Below, piece by piece: positions 1 to 12,818 of a stretch of DNA of 64,000 nucleotides. A program made the position numbers and the translations under genes. Below the pieces are notes generated by a model. It saw only the letters and a program-made list of their open reading frames with translations. It was not told where the DNA came from and did not search any database. The stretch spans positions 124,001-188,000 of the forward strand of contig MU008199.1 of assembly GCA_010909165.1 (NCBI GenBank), read 5' to 3'. The first letter of the stretch is position 1, and each line of letters opens with the position of its first letter. The DNA comes from Anthoceros angustus (Eukaryota > Plantae > Anthocerotophyta).

Positions 1-9
1 AGAGACGAA

Positions 10-1257
10 ATGTGCAAGGAGCTGCAGGTGCTGAATTTGCGAGGAGGCGGGACAGGAACCCACCTGGAGATGGAGAAGCAGGAGGCGAAGCCGGCGATGA
101 CAGCGAGCTGGGCGATGGACACCCGGGTGTGGGAGCGGCTCCCGGGCGACATCTTGGACAGAATCTTGCTGAGATTGCCGGCAGCAAGCCACTTCCAATT
201 CCGCGCAGTCTGCAAGAACTGGCTGTCGGAGCTGCGTTCCCCGGCCTTCCTCCGGCGCTGGGCGGCCATGGCGACCACGCCGCTCCCTCTCTTCACGCTC
301 CCCAGGCCGCGCAGCCCGCTTTGGAGATGCGGGGAATTTTCCAGGAAGCAGCGGCAGAGCCGGGTGCCGGAGGCGGCGCGCTGCGAGCTGAGGCGGCTGG
401 ACCTGTCCTTCCTCCCGGGCAAGATGGTGGACATCTGCCATGTCCAGCACGGGCTGGTGTGCGCCCGCATTGCGTCCCCCGGGGCCGTGGCCCTGGCTGT
501 CTGCAATCCGGTCACCAAGACCTTCCGGACGCTTCCAGAGGTGCCAGTGCAGGAGGGCAGGGCGTGGGTGGCGGCCCTGGTGGAGGCTCCCAAGCCGGAC
601 AGCTTCCGGGTGGCGCTCCTGACCGAGGACCACACCCTCTGGACCATCCGCCTCTTCTGCTCCCAGGCCGGGTCGTGGAACGAGACGCGCACGCAGTCCT
701 ACTGCCCCATCCAGTTCCTGGGCTCCACGCTCCTGCAGGGCGGGCTCCTGTACGCGTCCCTGTCCCACGGGCCTCTGCTGCTCTACAGCTTGGAGAGCGG
801 GCGGATGCTGGCCCGGGCGCCCATGCCGCCCGCCATGAGCAGCGACTACTTCCAGCTGGTGCAGAGCCGGGGAGATGTCTTCCTGGTGGGGCAGCTGGAG
901 GGCGATATCGATGTCGTTCTCACTTTGGGTATCTGGAAGCTGGAGCCCAGCAGGCTGGTGTGGGAGGACTTCTCCTTCTTGCCGGAATCGCAGTGGCAGG
1001 ATGTGAAGCTGCAGGTGGCGGACGACTGGAGCCTGGATGAGTCCACGGAAGTGGACATGCTGGACGCCGACGCAATTGGGGACTTCATCTTCGTGGGCTT
1101 GGAGGCCCACAACAATGTCGCCGCCATTGGGTCCAATTACCGCACCCAGGCCCTGGCATTCCACATCCGCTCCAAGTCCTGGCACTTGTTTTATAAGAGC
1201 TACTTGGTGGGCGAGCCTCCTTATTTGCTTGAGCCCAGGTTTGATCTCTTCCTGTGA
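10..1257 (+). CDS. F-box protein (F-box/kelch-like, intronless)
   Basis: 415-aa ORF with N-terminal F-box motif WERLPGDILDRILLRLP...FRAVCKNW, followed by the typical GLVC...VCNPVTKTFRTLP F-box-associated segment and a C-terminal EPRF. The true start could be a downstream ATG. Confidence 0.9.
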   Translation: MCKELQVLNLRGGGTGTHLEMEKQEAKPAMTASWAMDTRVWERLPGDILDRILLRLPAASHFQFRAVCKNWLSELRSPAFLRRWAAMATTPLPLFTLPRPRSPLWRCGEFSRKQRQSRVPEAARCELRRLDLSFLPGKMVDICHVQHGLVCARIASPGAVALAVCNPVTKTFRTLPEVPVQEGRAWVAALVEAPKPDSFRVALLTEDHTLWTIRLFCSQAGSWNETRTQSYCPIQFLGSTLLQGGLLYASLSHGPLLLYSLESGRMLARAPMPPAMSSDYFQLVQSRGDVFLVGQLEGDIDVVLTLGIWKLEPSRLVWEDFSFLPESQWQDVKLQVADDWSLDESTEVDMLDADAIGDFIFVGLEAHNNVAAIGSNYRTQALAFHIRSKSWHLFYKSYLVGEPPYLLEPRFDLFL

Positions 1258-1412
1258 CCGAAACTGCCCTGTTCCTTAGTCCTGACCTTGCTTGTAGAAG
1301 TTCAATGTCAGGCATGAAAAATGTGAATCACGCCTGCTTGGTGACGACAGTGATCGATGTCTCGAAAAGATTATGGCCAATGCTGGCCGTTTCCTTCCTG
1401 TTCCTGTAATTG

Positions 1413-1562
1413 GTTGCTGTTTGCCAGGCTTCTTTTGGACATGCAATGCTGTGGGTGATGTTGCTGTTTGGCAGGCTTGTTTTGGACATACAATGCCGTG
1501 GGTGATGTTGCTGTTTGCCAGGCTTCTTTTGGACATACAATGCCGTGGGTGATGTTGCTGTT
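1413..1562. repeat. 47-bp tandem repeat, ~3.2 copies
   Basis: Unit GTTGCTGTTTGCCAGGCTTCTTTTGGACATRCAATGCYGTGGGTGAT starting at 1413, 1460, 1507 and 1554. Confidence 0.9.
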
Positions 1563-2493
1563 CAGGGATTCAATTCTTTGTCCTAGAATGTGCTGCACAT
1601 CACAACTGCACAAGATTAGGTCGGAGCCTTTGTATGTTGTTGTACTATTCGACTTGCATGCCATTCAGCTAAAAGCGGAGGCTCTGGAGGGAAGAAGCCA
1701 AGAAAACCTTCTTCCATGTGCCCCCAATGGGGTGCCCCTTGTGTGAACACAGACCTAGTACTACCGTCACATGGGTATTATGTGCGTAGCGTCTGACAAC
1801 GTAACGTATACAAAAGAAGCATTGACTGCACATTTCTCCGGTGTCTTGGATAGGCAGGACGTTCTCTCAAAGATCATGCCTGGACCCACACAGGTTAAAA
1901 AGTTCAGTGTCCTCCTCGATACTGTGTGTCGGCGACGCAATTGTCTGGAACCCAAGTTGCAGGAGGTGATGACGGAAAAGTGAGCACCGCTGAACGTGGC
2001 TTTTCTCATATAGCGTATAGTATGTAAGCATCCGAGATACTCTTCTCACCACCATCGTAGAGTATATATAAAGAGTGCCCCTTCCCAGGTCCCAAAATTA
2101 GCTCAGCTTGACGCTTGACGCTCGACGCCGTCATGTACTGGTGCTGGAATCCTGAGGTCGGCTGCATGTGTGACAGAAACAAGCCTGCTCAAGGACAGCT
2201 CGTGTCACCACTCTCTTGCAGAAGCTTGGCATGGTAGAACGTAAGTACACAGAACAGAGTGACTTGCGTCCAGATGAAGTGGAATTGATAAAACAGCGCC
2301 TGATCTTCCTTCGATAACAAAAAGCAAGTTTACCATCACAAGCAAGGCACAGGGACTGCGACCCACAAATGTTACTCCACAGGTGCAGCAATTCCACAGT
2401 TGCAGGAATCTTGTCTCTACACAAGAGATTATCTACATCCTCTCCACTGAGAAGTGCAAAAAAAGTACAGTCTCGGGAGCCAAGAAACCTTCT

Positions 2494-3480
2494 TCAAGGC
2501 CAGCTTGTGAATTCGAATACCTTGCCGACAATCTCCCAGCCAGTGGGAATTTGCCAAAGGAACAGCGACACGTTGAGCACATTCAAGGTGATGTGTGCCG
2601 TCCTGGCCGTCTCATTTCCCTTTTGCATGGCAGGAACAAGGGCAGCCGACAGGGCCCACAGGACTGTGATCCCAGCACCTGCGAACAAGTGTGGCCCCGG
2701 GAAGAGCTTGCCAGTTCTGAACCAGGTATTGACTGCTCCTCCCACGGCCTCGAACACTCCGAACGCCAGCAGAATGGAGCCTGCATTGAAGTGCCTATCC
2801 CTGAAGCCTCCCTTCACCAGCTCCTTCCTGTATTCGGTGAGCTCCTGTATCTTGGACGCGACGGGGGAAGGGGGAGCTGGTGCACCCTCCGCAGGGGCAG
2901 CGGGCAGCTGCTTCTTCAGCTCGTTGATCTCCTCCTGCACGGTCCGCACACTCCTCCACTGCCACCCCAGGTAGCCTGCGTACAGTGTGTACAGGAACAG
3001 TCCTCCCATTACAATAGGGTGAAAAAGAGCAAACGACCTGCCCTCCAGAATGCCGAACTCTCCTCCAGCTGCCATGGCGTTGGGAGCATCCAGCAACATG
3101 GGACCAAGCCCTGCTGTAACCGTTAGCATGGCTCTCTGCAGGAAGAACATCCCGGAAGAGGCATCACCTTCCATTGCTTCCAAGACATCAATGCCATCAC
3201 TCTTCCCCAGCTCCTGCTCCTCCTGCGACAAGGATGCGGATGCGGATGCGGATGCGGATGCCCCCGTCCTTGCACAGGCCACCCCGCCACGGGACCCGAG
3301 CCTCACTACCCTGGCGGATCCGAGACGGCCATGACCCCATCCCGGGGAGGAGACGGAAGCCCTCATTGGAAGTGCAAGCCCGCATCCCACCGGCGTTCTA
3401 CACCTGTCCAATCCCTGAAAGCCTAGAACCGCAGTTGCCGTGCTGCTGGCCAGAGCTGCAGCTGGTGAGACCGCCATCAT
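2494..3480 (-). CDS. DUF4079 family plastid membrane protein (intronless)
   Basis: Ser/Ala/Arg-rich transit-peptide-like N-terminus, then GGEFGILEGRSFALFHP...YLGWQWR...RDRHFNAGS...GKLFPGPHLFAGA...AHITLN...QIPTG, typical of cyanobacterial/plant DUF4079. First ATG at 3480. A (GGATGC)n microsatellite at ~3232-3260 encodes ASASAS. Confidence 0.85.
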   Translation of the reverse strand: MMAVSPAAALASSTATAVLGFQGLDRCRTPVGCGLALPMRASVSSPGWGHGRLGSARVVRLGSRGGVACARTGASASASASASLSQEEQELGKSDGIDVLEAMEGDASSGMFFLQRAMLTVTAGLGPMLLDAPNAMAAGGEFGILEGRSFALFHPIVMGGLFLYTLYAGYLGWQWRSVRTVQEEINELKKQLPAAPAEGAPAPPSPVASKIQELTEYRKELVKGGFRDRHFNAGSILLAFGVFEAVGGAVNTWFRTGKLFPGPHLFAGAGITVLWALSAALVPAMQKGNETARTAHITLNVLNVSLFLWQIPTGWEIVGKVFEFTSWP

Positions 3481-4265
3481 GATGCTCCAATGCCAGCTCC
3501 ACACAATCTGTCCTCGCCTGCAAAATTCCCATCGTCACCATCCTCGTTCTCAGACAATGCCAGCACTAATGCCGTCACACGATCAACAACGAGCCGTGAA
3601 ATGGAAGTAATTCATTCATCCCTTACATTCTCAACATGCATCTGCCAAAGCACCAAGTCCTGACCTGAAACCGAAGAATGCCGCAGCACAGCCTTCACGA
3701 AACGCGAATCCCGGTTCACGATTCACCACAAGAACGCCAGAATCGACCAGAGTCAGGCCACTGGCACTTGGATACTTGGAGCGTGACGCTAGTGGCTCTG
3801 TTGCGAGCAGGTACAAGGGATAAAGGGACTACGTGGCCGGCACGGAGATGTCCAGAACCAGCGGCCATGTGTTGGACATGCCCGAGCCATCTGCTCAGGT
3901 TTATTAATCCTTTCATTTTCACGTTAGTCTCGTTTAACAAAATGAGCCACCAATTGCAGGCGCTGTCGTCGCCGACTCGCCGTTGCGTACGAGCGCAACC
4001 GACTGTTGCAGATGTGAGTGAGTCGTGAATCGTGGAAGTGGCGAGCCGGGCTTCCTTCTGATTGTCTCACGCATCCAGATCAGCGTTCTGATCAATCGAA
4101 AGGAGGTCGCAAGAACGACTAGGATCGATCTAGCGAGGTGCTCAGCCTCTGTTGCGCGCGCAGTCTGCCGCAGTGCTGTGATCGGCTCAATCTTGCATGC
4201 TTCGATCTGCTCGCCTGATTCAATTTGCTGGCATACTGTGCTTGCTCCAGCTCAATTTGAGGAGA

Positions 4266-7200
4266 TGGAGTCTTCGGAGCATCCGCTGGCCCTGCGGGTG
4301 TGCAGCCAAGAGTACGCAATGCCGATGCCATTGTCTACCGAAATGGAGATGCCTTTGTGCAGCGAAAATGCGTTTCCGCTGCCGCTTTGCAGCCACCGTC
4401 ACAGTGCGTTCGTGGCTGCGCACGCGGTATCTGGCGAATTCTTTATCCCCTGCCTGTGGTTCAAGGAATTGTTTGCTTTCGTGCGTTTTGGCTGGTTCGG
4501 CATTGGATCAGGAGTAATAGCTGCTGGCGTGTATTATGTACTGCAGTTGGTGTCGGATGCTCTCTTCAGATGTAGCAGCCACTGTGAGCCGACACGGGTG
4601 ACTGTCGATTTCTCGAGGTTGGAAGGGATGCATTTGTCTCCGTATCCGACATTCAAATTGGAAGGCAAGCACTTTGTAAGCTTTCTCTTCTAAATTGAGT
4701 ACACTGGTAGCCCTGGTTCCCTCGGCGGAGCTTAACATTGCGCGTCATTGTTGCTGCAGTGGCCGATACTGGACGGGGAATGCCCGCCACGGGGCTGGGA
4801 GACTTTTATCCTTACTACCTTCACCCGTGTTTTCATACTCTAGCTGCTGGACCGGCAACAGACAACGTGTTCTGGGGTCTGTTACTTGATGCTAGCTAGA
4901 ATTCTAGCTGCTCTCGAGCTTGGATATAGTAGGTTTACTGGCAATAGAAAGAAAGCTGCGTAGAAAATGCATATGGTCGACATACTGCTGCAAGTTCGAC
5001 ATGGAATGTAATTGATGAAGTCTACTGAGCAGGTTTCATGTTTGGCTTTCCGTAGATGGAGTACTCGCTGTGATGACAACAGGTGCATTTCAATCTTTGT
5101 TTTGTGAGTTGTCTCTAGCTCAGCAGGTTTGGGAACATGACATCTAGTGGCATCATCCTCAGTTCCTAGCTACCAGAGGCTAGCACCAAACAATTGAACT
5201 AGCTAGATACCCCGTATGCTCTGTCTGATCTTGTGCTTAGCTAGCGGAGAGGAGGACATTCGCTGCTATCAAATGCATGTGCAGGCAAACTTAATGCCTC
5301 AGGTCGTCCAGCTGCCATCCGTTCCCAAGGCGGTTGAGTCAATGAGGTAGGATCTTTGTGTTGGGAAATCTGGTTCTTCCTGTCGCGGCCCTTAGAGTCA
5401 AGGAAACTGACATCAGTTTCTCGATTTTTGGGCTGGTGATGAAGTGGGACACAGACTTCACTAACCTTTAGGGGCCAATATGAAGAATTTATCAAGTACA
5501 TACAGGATCTATGTCACAAGGTAATTAAAGCCTCCCTGTTCGTGTTTCAGCAGAGATGGTGTCCAACTCTTGACTTGCCCAAGCTGGTCCCTAAGATGTT
5601 ACACACTCTTTACTGTACAAGCATGCAGAACTCTCATGTCAGCTGCTGCTGTTGCAGGTGTCCGTACTGAACATCAAGGTGAATCATGCTCCTGCTCTAA
5701 GTGGAGACAATGAGATTCACAAATAGAATGCTGTCGCATTTTTGAATTTTCTCGTCCTGCTGATTGTATTATCCTTGAAACTCCCTTTCAAATTGGCGTG
5801 CCTGGATTAGTCAAAGATTAATCTCAGATCTGTTTCGTACTCAAGAACGTCTTCCTTGAGCTGTGCTTCGAGAATTTCAACCATACTCCAATGCGACTCA
5901 AGAATGTTTCAGATCCTTTTGTCTGTGATGGAGGCCTTAAGCTGCCAGACACCCTGCCCAGTTTCCAACGATTGAGCTCAGGGCTAATTGACTTTCTCAG
6001 CAAATACATATACCAGTTCCAGCAAGAAGCAGACGAGGCAAACTTCAGGTGATATCTGAAATTCTCAAGTGCTCTCACCTTGCCGACATCTTCTTAGCTG
6101 GGAACTTGGAAGCTACCTAAGGAAGATCGCCATGATTGGATGTAGCTAAGCTGAAATGTGTCTCTACTCAGGTCAGCTATTCATGTTGGTGAAGGCCGTG
6201 GCTGTACAGGCAAAGGAAAAAGTACTATTGACGTTTCCTTTGCCGTGTTGGAGAAGGATCCAAACATGAGTACAGTGGACTCGTCGGATCAGGGCTCTGC
6301 ACTTACTCAGGTCGTTCTCTACTGTTCTCCATTTCCTTTGACTGTACTGTGTTTCCTAGGAGGCTCACCACAAATCACCAAACTGCAGGTCCTGTTTTAT
6401 GAAGACTTCTGTTACCATCATATCCCAGAGACCGTTCTAACTGCACTGAGGAAGAAAGTGGCTTGGTCACATTATGGATTGAAGATGCAGAACATGCACA
6501 TCAAACCATGCGGGGGTGCAACAATAAAGTGGGAGCGGCTCGCAAGGCATGCAGAGACCTACCTTGTGATACACATCTATCGCACTCATGATATCCTACC
6601 TGATATTTCTCTCTTGTCTACTTCCGAGAGGCCATTTCGTCACATGTGACTGCAGTATTGGTTGCAGTGGTCGATACAGGAGCTAAGCAGCGTATATGCG
6701 TGTCACCCAACTGGCTGAGTATAACATAGATGTTCTAAGTGTCCTCTCTATTTGGCCTAGCGAAGGTCTTCATTTGGGCTCTTTAACTTCAGGGTCACAT
6801 TTGGGTCGGAGGGCCAAGACAAGGGGAGAGTCAGTTATAATCAAACGTGCGGTGGAGAGAGCTTTAGGTGAACTTCACAGAGACTGTCCGGGCCTATTTG
6901 TCAGTCACCACATTCAGCAGGTATAGCTCTAGAGAACACAGGCTACGACCAAATTTCGCTGCCCATGTCTGGTGATTTACATTGACTGTGAGTAATTCCT
7001 GAATGGCAGATGCAAAGATTTGCTCCCTCTTTGTCTCGTTGCGTGGCTGGGTTGATCGCTTCATCAGAGGACAGTGTCTTCAAAGCAGAATGTACAGCCC
7101 TGCTCGGACTGACAAACCCATCGGACTTGAAGACTCTGGAGACCTGCATCCAAGACAAAATGCTGAATCTCATTGATCCCTACAGAGATGTAACTGGGCC

Positions 7201-7315
7201 CGTGGATGATGATCGAGTTCAAATCCTCAACTGGATGAGGTCAGTGGCCGGTGCTGCACTGGATAGTCAGTTTGACACCCAGCCGGATGTCGCTGATATG
7301 GACGTCGAGGAGTGA
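4266..7315 (+). CDS. MTOPVIB: Meiotic topoisomerase VI B-like subunit (multi-exon)
   Basis: Spliced exons give LVSDALFRC, VADTGRG, FWDGVLAVMTT, SGTQTSL, RLSSGLIDFLSKY, VGEGRGC, QVLFYEDF...VAWSHYGL and RFAPSLSRCVAGLIASSEDSVFKAECTALLG. These match, in order, the motifs I recall from Arabidopsis MTOPVIB (IADTGIG, IWDGLLSVKTT, SGTEVSL, RLKSGLEDY, IDWKKYGL, YVPDLARSIAGLIFSS). Start codon inferred. Confidence 0.85.
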
Positions 7316-7907
7316 CGAAATTCCGACAGAAGGGATCCGATGGAGTCGCAGATTCCACAAGAGAGAGGTATGTTCATGATGCCTTGGCCACTTGCCCAGT
7401 ACTAGAATGTCCTACCTTCTGGCGCGTCTGATGCAGAGTCGTGACGCATTCGAAGGTGCACCTGGTAGGCTGGTACGAATTGAATGTACTAATAATGAGA
7501 CTGCAGACGGCTCCAATGATACAATGCAAAGATACTGTATCCACTGTGTCTGTGCGCCATGATCGCATTCGCAGGTCACGACCTCCAAGACAACCAGCGA
7601 AAGATGCGGAAACCTGAAAGCAGCAGAAGAGTATCCTTGGCGGGACATTGTCGCGCCCAAGTTGTGCCGAGGGCGAAAAGAGGAAGAGTTCGAGAGTCGA
7701 ACTCCCGACCTGTCGCCCAAGTTGGAAATACGTGTACTAGGATCTAGGAGTCGGTACTTGAGACTCGAGAGGAGGAAAGCTTCCGACCTCGAGGTAGAAA
7801 CTACGTTTCCCTTTCAATGTGAGGATCTTCTTCATCACCCTAGTATCTCTCATTTGTGGGAAGCAAGAGTGAATTTTAGTTCTGGCAGGCGAGCCTAGGC
7901 TGTGGCT

Positions 7908-9780
7908 ATGGCACCGGTAGATCCGCATTCCTACACCGACTCGTCGCATCCTCTCACCAAGCATGTGGACCTTACTCTGCATCTGGACTTCGAGAGCAAG
8001 GTCATCACAGGCACAGCGATTCTGACGCTGGAGAAGGTTTACACCGGTGACCTCTTCCTGGACACGAGAGACCTGAGCATCGAGTCTGTGCAGGACCTGA
8101 ACAGCAGTTCCGTGGCCTTCAGCCTGGGCAAAGCCGACGCAGTCCTGGGCAGCCGCCTGAAGGTCGAGCTCCGGGATCAGAGCTCCTTCTCGGTTGCGTT
8201 CAAGACGTCTCCTCAAGCTTCGGCGTTGCAATGGCTGGAGCCGTCTCAAACGGCAGGCGGGAAGCAGCCGTATGTGTTTACGCAGTGCCAAGCCATCCAT
8301 GCGCGGTCCATCTTCCCTTGCCAGGACACTCCTATTGCTCGGATCAAGTATTCGGCCAAGGTGAATGTGCCGGCCGATACCAAGGTTGTCATGTCTGCTG
8401 CCTACCTAGGTCGAGCCCGGGAGGAGGGAGGAAGAGCAGAGGAGGTTTTTCGCATGGACCAGCCTATTCCCCCGTATCTCTTTGCTCTCGCTGCCGGTGA
8501 CATCGTTTATGAAGATGTTGGGCCTCGCTCCAGGGTGTATGCCGAGCCTTCTGTGGTGAAGGCAGCTGCGTATGAGTTTGCCAACACCGACGCTACTGTA
8601 AGGCAAGCGGAGGAACTCTTTGGGCCCTACGATTGGGAGAGGTTTGATCTTCTGGTTATGCCTCCGAGCTTTCCCTATGGAGGAATGGAGAATCCTCGGA
8701 TGGTGTTCATTACCCCCACGCTGATTGCCGGTGATCGGAGCGGAGTGGAGGTTGTGGCGCATGAGCTTGCGCACAGCTGGACCGGGAATCTCATCAGTAA
8801 TGCCACTGCCGATGATTTCTGGCTCAACGAGGTTGGCGCTTGAGCCCTGCCTTCCCAGCTGGTGTTTTTGTGTAGAGGTGGTGCCTTTGTGGGTTAGACT
8901 TGATCTTGGCTGGTTATTACTGCTGCAGGGTTTCACCACTTATGCTGAGCGGCGGATTGTGGAGGTGACCGATGGAGAGGAGATACTAGGCTTGCATATC
9001 AGCCTTGGCTGGAACGGGCTGTTGGAGGAAATTGAGCGGTTCAAGGACAGGCCTGAGCTGACAAAGCTGAAAACCAATATGCTGGGGGTTGATCCCGATG
9101 AGATATACTCTCGAATCCCCTATGAGAAGGGTTTCCATTTCGTTCGACGTTTGGAGAGCCAGGTGGGAAGGCCAGCTTTTGATCAGTTTCTCAAGAAGTA
9201 CATCGCCAAGTTCAGATTCCAGTCCATTTCCACAGAAACATTTTTGGCATTTCTCAAGGAGCAGTTCCCCGATGTTGAGAAGGAGGTTGATCTACACAAC
9301 TGGGTATATGGAACAGGAATCCCCCTCGACGCTATCAGGCCCAATTCTGGTGTACTGGATAATATTCTGAAGCTGGCAGCTGAGTTTTCTTCCGGAAGGA
9401 GACTAACAAAGGAGGAGACCAAAACATGGCTGCCCCAAGTCTGGCTGGTTTACCTGGAAAACATTCCCAAGCTTTTGGCCTCGCAAGAAATCGAGCAGCT
9501 GAACGAGTTCAACTTTTCGGAGTCCAACAACTGGGAGATCAAGATTGCCTTCCTCGTCATAGCTGCAACGTCGGGCCACTCACCTTCCTTTCCTGCCATT
9601 GAAGCTGCCCTGCAGACTGTCGGTAGGATGAAGTACTTGCGACCCCTGTATGGTGGCCTGCTGGAGAGTACGCCCGAAGCCAAGGAGCTGGCAAAGCGTG
9701 TCTTTTCCGAAGCGAAAAGGAAGTACCATCCAATTGCCCAATCAGTAATCCAAGGCCTTATAAAGAAGAGCGATGCGTAG
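7908..9780 (+). CDS. LKHA4: Leukotriene A4 hydrolase-like / M1 leucine aminopeptidase, 2 exons (7908-8831, 8929-9780)
   Basis: MAPVDPHSYTDS start, TQCQAIHARS, YGGMENP, HELAH-x18-E zinc motif (WLNE|GFTTY across a GT-AG intron at 8832-8928), and C-terminal VGRMKYLRPLY. Confidence 0.95.
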
Positions 9781-10129
9781 GCGGAAGCATTTTGCCCTCT
9801 TCAACCATGCTTCCTAGACGCAATGCCAATCATTGCACAGCAGCACTGGAAGCATGTGGTATTCTGTCGCTAAAAGCCTCTGGTCTCGGTTGGACATTAC
9901 AAGTAGGATCTACTACACATTACCTCCGAGCTTCACATCTTAGACGGATATTGCTGCCTGCTGGTAGGAGACAGGTGCAGCCTTTGGTGAATTTTGCTTA
10001 TCATGTGACCTGATCAGTAGAACGAACACATGATGGCTCTATGCATTATTGTACATATGCCGCCAGACATACAGCAGGCTTACAAAGCAGGATAAAATAC
10101 ACTTCGTTTTTAAGAATCCACGGCAGAGG

Positions 10130-12593
10130 CTAGACCTTCTGATACAGCGCATACGCAGGAAACCCCAACAGAATGAAGGCCAAGGCAAGGCATGTAGGTA
10201 CGGGAGATGCGAACAACGACGATAAAATCAAATATCTGCAAAGGGCCACCCCCTCTACTTAGGAGAAACGCCAACCATTGATAAAATAAATTGGTAGTCA
10301 TTTTGGAAAAGAGCATACTTACAGGCTTACGCAGATGAGGAAAATTGGTATGAAAGGGAAAAAGGGGAGGGTGAACGGCCGGTGCAGATCAGGCAGATCT
10401 CGGCGGAGCTTGATCAAGGCCGCGGCAGTGAGACCATAGAAAACGAATGATGCTGTACCAAAGTAGCTCAGCAGCTGTGGACAAGGTGAAAGACCTGTCA
10501 TTAGCTCTTGGACAGCAATGAAGTAGCGAGGATCACAACATGGTTTAGTGCATACCTCGATGATGCCGTTAGATTGAATAAGTAGCACAATGCACCATAC
10601 ACTCTGGTCACATGACATTCAACTTATCAGATTTACAGTCACCAGGACTGAAAAGGTACGCAACCAGCATCTTACCTGGGCAACAAGGGCAGCAACAGGG
10701 GCTTTACTCTTCTTGCCTAAACATCCAAGGGACCGGAAGATATGACCATCTCTTCCTGCAGCATACTGAGTGCAGGGTGGACAACTGTCACCATACGAGG
10801 AACTTTTATTAAAACATCAAACACAAAGCCCGGTGACTGTGTCGAGATAGTACCAAGTAGCGTCCACCAACGAGTGTTATGCCATTTGCTGAGCCAAGGA
10901 CAGATATGCTAACGAGCAAGGCAGTTGTGATTCCTGCCCATCGTCCTAGTGCAAGGGATGTCATGTCCACTGCAACGACAGAGGAGTTCATGACGGCTGC
11001 AACACACAACCCAAACCGTGAATATATCTATGGAAGAAGTTAATTGGAAGCTTAGCACAAGGTTGACTCACGACAACAGAACTGAGAGCTTGGTCACATG
11101 CCTGAAGCCGGGAGCACACATAGATAGGAGATATTTACCAGAAGCTGCAAGGGGAGGAAGAGATGAAACAGCTAAGAATCTTCATCACGCAACACCCAGC
11201 CTCTTGTAGACAAGTGCCACAAGGATCCGGCCCACTTACATATGTAACCGCAATGATGAAAATGCTCAAGATTGCAGCACGGGGCACGTCCCTAACTGGG
11301 TCCTTCATCTCCTCTGACAGGTAGACAATGTCTCCCCTGTTACATAAGGGCGTCAGTCAGTTTTGTCTGGGCACATGCATGATATAGGATACAGAGTTCT
11401 ACCCTGGAGACTGCAGACAACAGCTTCAACACCCACCAGCCACAAAAAGCATACAGAGCAGCCACCATCGCTGAACCCAATGTTACAACAGTACTGCCAG
11501 AAAACGGTTTGTGGGCGTTGCCTTGGGCCACTGCTGTGTCAGTCGACAGAAAAGCAATGGCAGCCCCTACAAGGAGCGCTACAAGCACACCCTTACACAC
11601 GCCAAAAGCATTTTGCAGTCTGCTGCCCACTTGCACCCCTGGAACACAATTGAGTCCACACTTGAATCAGGACTCTATGGACAACATGAATCGCAGCTGC
11701 TCAAGCACTCGGTGTGATCAGTCACAAACTCTAAGGCTTCATCAAAAAAGAAGGACGAGCAAAGTAATGAGAAACCGTACCAAGACAATTAAAGAACGTT
11801 AAGGCAATGACAGAAGTGATTGCCGCAACTTTCACAAAAGTATCTGGATCAATCCCCTGAATTGTTCTGCTCACAGGTGATATCTGCTTGAACCCAGTCA
11901 AAAAAGATGATGCTGAGATTAGAATCCATCCTCTCCGGCTACCCCTGTACGAATCTAGCAAATAAGTCTCAAGCCTATCTGAGAAGACTCACCCCAGCAA
12001 GCAAGTACTGAGCGAAGGTGATAGTAACAAGGGCCAAGCTTCCTGTGCTGAAAACGAAGTACAAAGTCCACACGTACACAAACGACACCACGTTACCAAA
12101 TGCCACCTGCCAATCCCAGAATGCCAGCTTCAGGTTCAGCCTAATTCCATCCAACCCACCACCCCCGCCAATGCCAGCACCTTATAGTAATGCACATCTC
12201 CCCCAGCCACAGGGAATGCGGAGCCCATCTCCGCATAGATGAGCGCATAGCAGACAGCCACTGCTCCGGCGGCGACCCACGCAAGCATCCCCAACCCCAC
12301 GCTTCCAGCATCACTCAACACCACGCCAGGGGAAGTAAAAATCCCGCTCCCCATTATAATCCCCACCAAAACGCTGCAGCCATAAAGCAATCGCTCAGCA
12401 ACCTGTTGCTTCAAAACTCGAGCTCAAGTCTTGCCAAAAGGACAAACACTTGCCTGATCCCATCCAGCAGGCTCAGCTCCCGCCTCAACTTGGCCCCCAC
12501 TTCCATGTCCCTCACACCCACCTCCCCCCCTGACCTGGGACTCACCCCATCCTGCGAGCCTGCATTCTGCAACAGACCATCCGTCTCCGACAT
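10130..12593 (-). CDS. APC-superfamily amino acid permease, LAT/SLC7-type (multi-exon)
   Basis: Exons encode LRRELSLLDG, VGIIMGSGIFTSPGVVL...GSVGLGMLAW...YAEMGSAFPVAGGD, LYAFCGW, EEMKDPVRDVPRAA, GSANG...GGR, LRRDLPDLHRPF, and a terminal TM exon ending YQKV* at 10130. Confidence 0.85.
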
Positions 12594-12818
12594 CGCGACC
12601 AAACAGCTTCAGGACCCCACACACCCGACCATGGAGGGTGTTGCAAGGGTTTTAGTACTTCCCCCTCTCCGAATATTTTCCGTCCTCCATCTCTCTGAAA
12701 ATAGCAAACACACCACCAAAGCCTCATGCGCTGAGAACCTTCATAAACTCCCGAAAAGGGCCGCCAACCCATAAAACGTACACACACCCACAACCACCCA
12801 CTTGTCCTGCTGCGAACG

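Noticed and set aside
12-1040. 342-aa alternative-frame ORF over the F-box gene (and similar shadow ORFs at 2369-3126, 44635-45798, 50986-51672)
   Set aside because: High-GC3 shadow ORFs with low-complexity composition and no motifs.
1660-1983. Short ORF downstream of the F-box gene
   Set aside because: 70 aa, no motif, interrupted upstream frame.
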